Origin: Candidatus Bathyarchaeia archaeon
Lineage (GTDB): Archaea; Thermoproteota; Bathyarchaeia; 40CM-2-53-6
NCBI GenBank assembly: GCA_049513715.1
Contig: JBEKVV010000005.1
Span: forward strand, 128,001-192,000
Reading direction: 5' to 3'
DNA length: 64,000 bases
Of this stretch, positions 50,860 through 58,725 are shown in pieces (position 1 is the first letter of the stretch; every line of letters begins with the position of its first letter). The notes beneath the pieces are model-generated. The model was not told where the DNA came from, did not search any database, and saw only the letters and a list, made by a program, of their open reading frames with translations. The position numbers and the translations under genes were made by a program.

Positions 50860-52121
50860 CTAGGCCAACCGTACTTGGTCGCCGCACCCTGCACCTCGTA
50901 GCAATCATCGGGCTGCTCATCGTATTGGTTCAAGTGCCAGCGACACATGCGGCAACGCTCACACTCACCTCAGACCCTGACTGCGTCTCCCGTGGTCCAG
51001 ACCAGGTGGATTGTTTCGCTAGAGGACAGGACAACGCGCTCTGGCACTTATACCGCAAGGCAGGAACATGGTCCAGTTGGGAGTCCCTTGGAGGCAACCT
51101 AACCTCAGGGCCGTCGGCAACCTCATGGGGACCAGACCGTCTAGACATGTTTGCTAGAGGACCCGACAATGGGTTGTGGCACGTGTGGTGGGATGGATCA
51201 CTTCATCCATGGGAGTCTTTGGGCGGCGCAATTACAAGCAACCCAGATTGCACTTCCATCCCAACTACCCAGGAGATTTTCTGCTTCGCCAGAGGTCCCC
51301 AAAAGGCTCTCTGGTACACTGGCTTTTCCGGCGGAACCTGGACCACATGGAAGTCCTTAGGTGGGATCCTAGCCTCAGGCCCAGGGGTTTCATCCTGGAA
51401 GGATGACGTGGAAATCTTCGTGAAAAGCACGGATAACGCGATGTGGCAGATATCCATGGGAGCGGGAGGGAGCTTAAGCCAGTGGCAGAAAAGGGGTGGC
51501 GCACTTACCTCGGACCCTGACGCTGTCTCATGGGGGCCGAACCGTATTGATATTGTTGTGAGAGGTCCTGACAATGGGATCTGGTACAAGTGGATGAACG
51601 GAGGAACATGGAGCAATGGCTGCCAGGGCTGTGACGGATATTATAATCTAGGCGGTAAATCAATTTCAGGACCCACAATCGCGTCCAGAGATGTGAATAG
51701 CCTTGATGTCTTTACTGTAAGCACGGACAATCACCTCTATCACAAAGGATGGAACGGAGCCGTTTGGAGTCCCTGGGAAGCCATCCCGATGACAATGGCG
51801 CCCACAGGCATGACAACGACGACGAGCCAGCCAACATCTGTCAGTAGCGGCTCCACGACGATTTCTCCAATATCGATCGCCAGTAGTAGCTCTACCTCTC
51901 CGGTAGTAACTCCATCCGTCACAGTCACCTCGACACCTACGTCATTGTTCACTCAATCACCGAGCACACAAACTCCTAACCAGACTGGAATAGGGGAGAT
52001 TTTGGCTACGCTGCAGCCGACTGACCTGATCGTAATCGGCGGCATTGTTGTCATTGCGGGTGTCTTGATTGCGCTCGTGTTGAGAGTACGCGGAAAACCA
52101 GCATCAGACACTAGTTCATGA
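50856..52121 (+). CDS. PLL/fucose-lectin-like beta-propeller surface protein with Ser/Thr stalk and TM
   Basis: Repeats of FARG.DN.LWH..W.SLGG.LTS.P; ATGA overlap with upstream gene. Confidence 0.85.
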   Translation: MTRPTVLGRRTLHLVAIIGLLIVLVQVPATHAATLTLTSDPDCVSRGPDQVDCFARGQDNALWHLYRKAGTWSSWESLGGNLTSGPSATSWGPDRLDMFARGPDNGLWHVWWDGSLHPWESLGGAITSNPDCTSIPTTQEIFCFARGPQKALWYTGFSGGTWTTWKSLGGILASGPGVSSWKDDVEIFVKSTDNAMWQISMGAGGSLSQWQKRGGALTSDPDAVSWGPNRIDIVVRGPDNGIWYKWMNGGTWSNGCQGCDGYYNLGGKSISGPTIASRDVNSLDVFTVSTDNHLYHKGWNGAVWSPWEAIPMTMAPTGMTTTTSQPTSVSSGSTTISPISIASSSSTSPVVTPSVTVTSTPTSLFTQSPSTQTPNQTGIGEILATLQPTDLIVIGGIVVIAGVLIALVLRVRGKPASDTSS

Positions 52122-52373
52122 GGGAAGGGCATAGTCTACAGCATCCAATGCGGATCCCAAAATCCCAATGGCAATGAGTTCTGTGGAAAATGTGGCACTG
52201 AAGTTCAAGACTAGTGCCCGGTTCGTCCCTAGTATGTTGGTGCGCACACCCACTTTTTCACGCTCCTCGCTTCGCTTTGTGTGATATGACTGGTGCGCGA
52301 CGACGACGAAAAGACGGATGGTCTGTGGGTTGGGGTTTGTTGTTAGGTGGTTTGTGGTTGAGTGGTTAGTGGC

Positions 52374-52400
52374 GTGTGCGCACCACTATACCCACACACA
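52374..52400 (+). repeat. Family B partial copy
   Basis: GTGTGCGCACCACTATACCCACACACA; 12-bp inverted partner TGGTGCGCACAC at 52238-52249. Confidence 0.75.
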
Positions 52401-52532
52401 TTCATCGCGGAGGATGGGAAGAGGTTGCTGAAGGAGTGGCTCACAGAACGAGAATCGATGCTGGAAAAAGCAGGGCTAGAGGATTCAGACTATTTCTTCC
52501 TTAACTGGCGTCGGAAATCGAGATGCAGGTAA
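52389..52532 (+). pseudogene. Probable tyrosine recombinase/integrase internal fragment
   Basis: YPHTFIAEDGKRLLKEWLTERESMLEKAGLEDSDYFFLNWR resembles the patch II-III segment; no start codon, no catalytic boxes. Confidence 0.5.
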
Positions 52533-52600
52533 CAGCCGCGGAACACGGGCATGATGCACAGGCTTAAGTTGCCTATGATAGAGCTATCGGTGATAGGCCA

Positions 52601-54415
52601 TTGTTCTTCCGTGTCTTGAGTTCAAACCGAGCTTTGGCTTTGGTCGTTGCCTCGATGGTGATATTGTCTGTTATTTCCCCTACCGTGAGAGTTGGTGCTA
52701 TAACCACGATACTTGATCAGCAGTGTTCAACTGTTGGTGGATTTTACCTAAACGGCATCGGTGCATCTGAGCCCGCAGGGCAGACGTTCACGCCGACCCA
52801 AACATCTGTGGTAGCCTTCTCAATTAACATCTATTCGACAAGCCCCTTTCCCACACCTATGACGGCGAAGATACTAGCGGGAGGAATCGGTGGAGCGGTA
52901 CAGGGGTCCGTTAACTTCAACGTTCCGGCCGTTTTCGGTTTGCCAAGTGGCGACTGGTTCAAAGTGCAGTTTACCAGTGGAGTTCCGGTGATCCCTGGTT
53001 CGATTTATGCGCTTGATCTCACCGACAATCTCGCCTCTTCTGGCATTAAGTGGAATGGCTGTAAGGATAGCTATCCCGGGGGAAAGGCGTACTCCAGCGG
53101 GAGCTATAACACATATAACACAGTCGGAGCCTCTTACAGTTTCAAGGAGTATGCGTTCGGCCTGACGGTGACACCGGTCGCGACGCCGGATTTCTCAATC
53201 TCATCCTCTCTTGCCGCCATACCGGTAACACAGGGAGGAAGCAATACAGCTACAATTACGGTGACTTCGATTAACGGACTCAATTCGGCAGTTGACCTGT
53301 CTGCTTCTTGGGTTGGGTCCGCACCGACTGGCGTGACATTCACGCTACCGACCCCGATAACGCCACCGTCAGGAAGCACTGCGACATCACCATTGATAAT
53401 TGTGGCTACCGGAAGCGCCTCCACAGGAAGTTTCACCCTTCGTGTGACTGGGACGAGCGGATTGCTCAGTCACGATGTCATACCTGACATAACAATACAA
53501 GTGGCGGCAGTCACAACAAGCACAACAACACCACCAACACCAGCTACGGATTGGGCAGTTCTCTCCGTTTCGCTAAGCCCTTCTGCTCCACATGTCGGTG
53601 ACCCGGTCACATTCAGTATGGTAGTGACCGCGCTCTCGTCTCCGGGACCATTTCCGCAGAGCTTTGCTGCTGTTTGCCAGATCGACGGAGTATCCTGTGG
53701 TGGTGGCTCTCATACCTACCCTGGACCACTGGATACTCCTTTCACTGTAAGCGCGCAAACACCTTGGATTGCGACGGTTGGTACGCATACTCTGACCTGG
53801 GGAGTCGCCACGATCCCAGTGGGTCTCGACCCGGACAAGAGTAACAATATGAAGAGCACTACTTTCACGGTGGCACAAGCATCCTCACAGCAAACGACGA
53901 CAGCCTCTTCGACCGCGTCTCAGGCTCCTGATTTTCAGGTTAATGTGAGTCCGCCATCCCAAACCGTGCTTCAAGGCGAGACGACTTCATATGCGGTTGA
54001 TGTTGCTGGTTTGAACGGGTTCAATTCGCAGGTTTCATTGTCTGTCTCAGGATTGCCTCCGGGCGCGAATGGAGTCTTCAGTAACCCCTCGGGAACTCCA
54101 AACTTTGCTTCAACCCTCACGGTCATATTATCGGGGGATGTTGCAACTGGTTCGTATACGTTGGTGGTGACCGGGAGTGGAGGAGGATTAAGCCACGTGG
54201 CCAACCTAGTTCTAACAGTTAACGCAGCCGTAGTAACGCAAACCTCAGCCTCCTCAACTGAAACCGTAGCGTCTTCAACTCAAACATCAAGCGACCTGAC
54301 GAGCATGATCCAACAAAACCAACTCCTCATACTCGCAGCCGTAGTCTTGTTGGCAGCCGTCATAATTGCGGTAGCGTTGCGTGGCCGACGAAAACCAACC
54401 TCAACCACCAACTAA
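52601..54415 (+). CDS. Secreted, C-terminally anchored surface protein with Ig/CARDB-like domains
   Basis: Signal peptide, two PDF.I/V..S..V.QG repeats, CARDB-like segment, Thr-rich stalk, TM + RGRRK. Confidence 0.85.
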   Translation: MFFRVLSSNRALALVVASMVILSVISPTVRVGAITTILDQQCSTVGGFYLNGIGASEPAGQTFTPTQTSVVAFSINIYSTSPFPTPMTAKILAGGIGGAVQGSVNFNVPAVFGLPSGDWFKVQFTSGVPVIPGSIYALDLTDNLASSGIKWNGCKDSYPGGKAYSSGSYNTYNTVGASYSFKEYAFGLTVTPVATPDFSISSSLAAIPVTQGGSNTATITVTSINGLNSAVDLSASWVGSAPTGVTFTLPTPITPPSGSTATSPLIIVATGSASTGSFTLRVTGTSGLLSHDVIPDITIQVAAVTTSTTTPPTPATDWAVLSVSLSPSAPHVGDPVTFSMVVTALSSPGPFPQSFAAVCQIDGVSCGGGSHTYPGPLDTPFTVSAQTPWIATVGTHTLTWGVATIPVGLDPDKSNNMKSTTFTVAQASSQQTTTASSTASQAPDFQVNVSPPSQTVLQGETTSYAVDVAGLNGFNSQVSLSVSGLPPGANGVFSNPSGTPNFASTLTVILSGDVATGSYTLVVTGSGGGLSHVANLVLTVNAAVVTQTSASSTETVASSTQTSSDLTSMIQQNQLLILAAVVLLAAVIIAVALRGRRKPTSTTN

Positions 54416-54514
54416 ACCCTAACTGATCCATCAATTCGAACCCTCGCTGAGCATAGTGTGCATATCTATCGGTGCGGTCGCCTTGAGTCGGCCGGCCGTC
54501 GTTCACGTAATTTC

Positions 54515-54557
54515 GTGTGTGTGTGGGTCCAGTGGTGCGGCCGCCGGAACTCGAACC
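54515..54557 (-). repeat. Family B copy with tRNA(Gly)-like core
   Basis: Minus: GGTTCGAGT-TCCGGCGGCCGC-ACCA-CTGGACCCACACACACAC. Confidence 0.85.
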
Positions 54558-54599
54558 TACCTACGTGAATCCTTGGGACGCAGGGAAATCATCTAACTC

Positions 54600-54647
54600 G
54601 TGCGGGGGAGGGGATTTCAGCCCCACTTTACCGGTACATATAAGCCG
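54600..54647 (-). repeat. Family A copy 9 (tRNA-Leu-like acceptor retained)
   Basis: Plus: GTGCGGGGGAGGGGATTTCAGCCCCACTTTACCGGTACATATAAGCCG; near-identical to copy 1. Confidence 0.9.
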
Positions 54648-54702
54648 CCTAAGTTCAGTGTGCCCTTTGACGACTAGGTCAAGCCAACGCTAAGGGCTTA
54701 GC

Positions 54703-55029
54703 ATGAAGAAAGTACCCTTTGTTTGCACTGCCAATCTGCAGCGCAGCCCAACAGCTGAGAACCTCTTTCAAGGCTGGAATGGGGCTTGGAAAGCAAAGTC
54801 CGCTGGAATAATGCCGCATCCAAAAGGCAAATCGTTGACTCAGGAGCTCATTGATCAAACAGACCTTATCATAGTCATGGAACGAATCCACAGTCAATAC
54901 ATACACTCGCATTTCAAGTGTAGTCCAGACAAGTTACGAATCCTGAACATAGCTGACATTTACTACCGGGACGACCCGGAACTCATAAGCATACTTCGGA
55001 AGAAAGTCCCACCAATTCTACAGGAATAG
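54703..55029 (+). CDS. Small LMW phosphotyrosine phosphatase-like protein
   Basis: FVCTANLQRSPTAE, SAG, LIIVME, DDPEL. Confidence 0.88.
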   Translation: MKKVPFVCTANLQRSPTAENLFQGWNGAWKAKSAGIMPHPKGKSLTQELIDQTDLIIVMERIHSQYIHSHFKCSPDKLRILNIADIYYRDDPELISILRKKVPPILQE

Positions 55030-55217
55030 TTCCAAGTTCCTCCCAACTCCTCAGAAACTGTAAAGTCGAAGGGAGAGAATTGCCTGGGCCGGGAGCATAA
55101 GGAATCAATTAGGACGAAAAGGGAAACATTTCTACGTGTGATTTACGAATCTCTAGTCATAGTGGGAACTCTAAGCTTCAAAGAATAACGGGTCACACGG
55201 CTCGGGGAATAGCGTAC

Positions 55218-55811
55218 ATGGTCAACACTCACACTGTGAGAGGCAGGATCCGAGAAAGCGGAATGCCTCCAGAAGAGGTTTGGAGTGGCTTCTTCGATGC
55301 CGAGAAAATTCTTGATGCCATGAAGATTGACTCGGCGGTCAGGGATGCGGCAGACTTCGCATGCGGCTATGGAACATTCACTATTCCAGCTGCCCGAAGA
55401 ATACAAGGAATCATGTTTGCCTTAGATATTGACCCACGGATGGTCCGTAGTGTCGATGAGAAGTCGAGCAGCCTAGGATTGGCTAACGTAAAGTCGCTCA
55501 TCAGGGATTTACTACATGATGGTTCAGGCTTAAGGAGCGACAGTGTGGATTATGTGATGGTCTTTAACATACTCCACTTGGAAGACCCTCTGATTATTCT
55601 TCAGGAGTGCCTTAGGGTTCTCAGGCCGAAAGGGCGAGTTGGTATCATTCACTGGATACGTGATCCCAATACGCCTAGGGGACCGCCCTTGGAGATGCGC
55701 CCTACAGTGGAACGGTGCGTAAACTGGTGTCTTCAAGCGGGCTTCGTTACGGGGTCAGACATCCACGTGGACCTGAAACCGTATCATTTCGGATTGTTGA
55801 TGAGAAAGTAA
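55218..55811 (+). CDS. Class I SAM-dependent methyltransferase
   Basis: RESGMP, DFACGYGTF, LRPKG, TPRGP. Confidence 0.9.
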   Translation: MVNTHTVRGRIRESGMPPEEVWSGFFDAEKILDAMKIDSAVRDAADFACGYGTFTIPAARRIQGIMFALDIDPRMVRSVDEKSSSLGLANVKSLIRDLLHDGSGLRSDSVDYVMVFNILHLEDPLIILQECLRVLRPKGRVGIIHWIRDPNTPRGPPLEMRPTVERCVNWCLQAGFVTGSDIHVDLKPYHFGLLMRK

Positions 55812-55923
55812 GTGTCGATTATGTATGAAGTCACGTTACTCCTGCAATAATGTTTTGGGGCGGCTGGTTCGATTTGTTGGGCGTATCGAGAAACCAAAAC
55901 CTGTGGGGAGAGCTGTATATCGT

Positions 55924-56424
55924 CTAGGTCTCTGAGTACGTCTTTCCTCTGGCAGCGATCGTCAGCATCAAAATTGCGAAGAATGATGCGCTTATGAAGC
56001 TCCACTTAACATCCGAAACAGTTGCTACAACTCCAGCAAGGACTGGCCCAATTGCGTTACCGATTCCAATGACGCTCTCGTACGATCCGACCGCCGCACC
56101 CGCTTGTTCGTCCGGAAAATGGCGTGAAATGAGGCTTATGCTCAATGGGAAAACTATAGCAAAGCATCCTCCCAGGATAGCGATAGCCGGTAGGAAAGCG
56201 TTGAAGGTTGGGTGGAGGGCTATGACCAGACAGCCTGCGCAAATCGATAGGGACACTAACATTAGCGCCTTCCTCTCGCCGAAATGCAGGAAACGTTCGG
56301 ACATGGCATAGGCAGAGACTCTTACGATGCCAAATGCGGTGAATAAGCCGCCAATCAAGACCGCACTTATCCCAACCGAGTTCGCGTAACCGGGAAAGAT
56401 TGAGGTTATGATGCCGAAAACTAT
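55924..56424 (-). pseudogene. C-terminal half of an MFS transporter (5'-truncated)
   Basis: About 6 TM segments, ER..FG and G.AIGP.LAG motifs; frame closed by TGA just upstream, N-terminal half absent. Confidence 0.7.
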
Positions 56425-56484
56425 TCACCGAGGTGCGGTGAATGTGAACTTGCTTCTGTGATCCGACTACAGGATTTCATCGAC

Positions 56485-57480
56485 TCAAGTAGTGTACCGT
56501 TCGTCGCTGAAGTATCTGTCGCCTCTGTCGACGCATATGGTGACTACGTTTCCTGTGGGCAACTTCTTGGCTTCTTTCAATGCTACGTAAACATTCGCGC
56601 CTGTTGACATCCCACAGAAAATTCCTTCCTCCCTAGAGAGTTTGTATGCCGTTTCTCTTGCCTCTTCGTTTCCGACTTGGACGATCTCATCTGCGATATC
56701 TTCGTCTACTATTTGTTTTTGAATTCCGCCGGTTACTCCAGGTATTTCTTGTTTTACTCCACTTTTCCAACCTGAAAGAACTGCTTCTTCGCCAGCCCAT
56801 CCGGTTGGTTCTACAGCTACGCACCTGGTACGTGGGTTTGACTCTTTCAGAATGTGCGAGACACCCATGAAGTTTCCTCCGGTACCGATGGACGAAACGA
56901 AAACGTCAACTTTCCTGTTAAGTTGCTTTAGGATCTCTCTGCCCATGTCAGCGTGAGCGAGGAAATTGCTGGGGTTGCTGAACTGGCGTGCCCACCATAG
57001 AGAGGAATCTTTTTCCTCAGCAGCCATGCACAATGCTCTACCCGGTTCTTCAAGCATTTCTCCCGGAAGGCCCGCCTTTCTGGCTTCCTCTCGCTGGGCG
57101 AGAGGAACGGGGGAGGGTGTCGTTACGAATTGGGCTCCATAACGAGTTAGAATCTTCTTCTTCTCATCTGTCAGAGAGGCTTCTGATATGAATACCTTAA
57201 CTTTGTATCGCTTCATGCCTCCCACATATGCGAGCGCGATGGCAGTGTTTCCAGAACTTGATTCGATAATCGTACGACCGGGTTTTAGCAAACCAGCTCT
57301 CTCAGCGTCCTCGATGATTCTCAAAGCCATTCTATCCTTGTAACTCCCGCTGGGGTTGAGATTTTCCAACTTGACGAATACATTGCCATCGGCCGTACTT
57401 TTTGTCAGGCTCTTCAACTTCACAATTGGTGTATTACCAATTAGATCAAGCGTGCTTTCTACGACATTCATGCTACTCAA
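56485..57480 (-). CDS. PLP-dependent cysteine synthase family protein
   Basis: IGNTP, NPSGSYKDR, SSGNT, QFSNP.N, GTGG, DRGDRYFS. Confidence 0.92.
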   Translation of the reverse strand: MSSMNVVESTLDLIGNTPIVKLKSLTKSTADGNVFVKLENLNPSGSYKDRMALRIIEDAERAGLLKPGRTIIESSSGNTAIALAYVGGMKRYKVKVFISEASLTDEKKKILTRYGAQFVTTPSPVPLAQREEARKAGLPGEMLEEPGRALCMAAEEKDSSLWWARQFSNPSNFLAHADMGREILKQLNRKVDVFVSSIGTGGNFMGVSHILKESNPRTRCVAVEPTGWAGEEAVLSGWKSGVKQEIPGVTGGIQKQIVDEDIADEIVQVGNEEARETAYKLSREEGIFCGMSTGANVYVALKEAKKLPTGNVVTICVDRGDRYFSDERYTT

Positions 57481-57630
57481 TGCACCCCGACTTGACTTCT
57501 TGTCGAGTTTAAGGATTTAGAACAGCTTACAAAGCGATGGGGCAACGTTAAGTGTGAAGATGAGCCGCAACCAATAAACGTGGACGGAGAGCACACGGTT
57601 GTCGTCTAATCAAAAATTGAAGGAAGAATA

Positions 57631-58725
57631 ATGATGAGCTTTGCAGAATTTGACAAACAAACCTATGAACAAAGGTGGGAAAAGGTACAAAGAAGGCTAA
57701 GGGAGACTGGGAACGAAGCTTTCTTAATTAACCAACCTGGGAATGTCAAGTACCTTTCGTGTGCTCACATCCCAAGATTCCTGCCTGTCAGCAGCCTCAT
57801 AATTCCGAAGACCGGTGACATCGTCGCTCTTGCTTATCCTCTAGAGAAACCACGTGTAAGATCACTCTCAACTATACACGAGTACCTTCTCCTTCCGAAT
57901 CGCGTGCCTAGTGAGTCTCTTGTGAGAGCTGGAATATGCAGAGTACTTAGGAAACTGAGAGTCCGAAGATTGCTGAGCGATACACCCGAGCATCTTCCGG
58001 GACTTGCCTTGAAACTCGACGACTTCATCTTCAAGTTGAGGGAACAGAAGAATGATGAAGAGATTCAATGTATCGCTAAGGCTTGCGAGATCGTTGTCGG
58101 CGTAATTTCCTACGCCGAACGTGAACTGTTGAAGCCTGGTTATACTGAAGTCGAGATAGCCGCAGAAATTGACCGTGAAGCAAGAAGGTCTGGGGCTCAG
58201 ATGATGACCTTTGATACTATGGTTGCTTCTGGAGAAAACTCTGCCCACCCACATCACTTTGTTTCAGATAGACGTGTGAAGGATCATGATTGGGTAGTTT
58301 TGGACTGTGGGGCATTCTATCGAGGTTACTGTTCTGACGTAACTAGAACATATCAAGTAGGAGGGCACAGCGCTGAGTTCGAGAACATTCACAATATCGT
58401 TACAGAAGCGCAACGAAAGGCAATAGAGCTGTCACGGGCAGGTGTAAAACTGAGTGTCATCGACAGCGCTGCACGTAACGTAATAAAGGAATCCGGCTAC
58501 TATGGTAATTTCACAACTGTCACAGGACACGGATTAGGCGTTACGATGGGAGGGAGCGGGGGTGAGCGGCCCACTATAGCCCCCGGCGCTGCGGGCAGGG
58601 CTAAGAACGGCAACGTTTTCACTGTCGAGCCGGGGATTTATCTCGAGGGGAGGGGAGGCGTGCGAATCGAAGACGATGTGGTCTCCTTTGAAGACGCTCG
58701 CGTACTTTCACGATCGGAATTGTGA
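57631..58725 (+). CDS. M24 Xaa-Pro aminopeptidase family
   Basis: SAHPHH, DCGA..YCSDVTRT, GHGLG, TVEPGIY, RIEDD. Confidence 0.92.
   Translation: MMSFAEFDKQTYEQRWEKVQRRLRETGNEAFLINQPGNVKYLSCAHIPRFLPVSSLIIPKTGDIVALAYPLEKPRVRSLSTIHEYLLLPNRVPSESLVRAGICRVLRKLRVRRLLSDTPEHLPGLALKLDDFIFKLREQKNDEEIQCIAKACEIVVGVISYAERELLKPGYTEVEIAAEIDREARRSGAQMMTFDTMVASGENSAHPHHFVSDRRVKDHDWVVLDCGAFYRGYCSDVTRTYQVGGHSAEFENIHNIVTEAQRKAIELSRAGVKLSVIDSAARNVIKESGYYGNFTTVTGHGLGVTMGGSGGERPTIAPGAAGRAKNGNVFTVEPGIYLEGRGGVRIEDDVVSFEDARVLSRSEL

Larger units (their letters stand above)
32033..54647. mobile_element. Accessory genomic island partitioned by tRNA-3'-derived att-like repeats (cassette-like array)
   Basis: About 20 tRNA-3'-like repeats in intergenic spaces between unrelated accessory genes; gene remnants; probable integrase fragment. 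Confidence 0.7.

Noticed and set aside
52119..52121. Selenocysteine readthrough of the lectin TGA
   Set aside because: The TGA is in a linker rather than a Cys position, no SECIS was recognised, and the downstream ribbon has already lost a Cys.
32033..54647. CRISPR array interpretation of the repeats
   Set aside because: Spacing is irregular (tens of bp to about 7.5 kb), the intervals hold whole genes, the repeats are degenerate, and there are no cas genes.
32033..54647. Classical integron attC sites
   Set aside because: No RYYYAAC...GTTRRRY long inverted structure and no intI; cores match tRNA T-loop/acceptor geometry instead.
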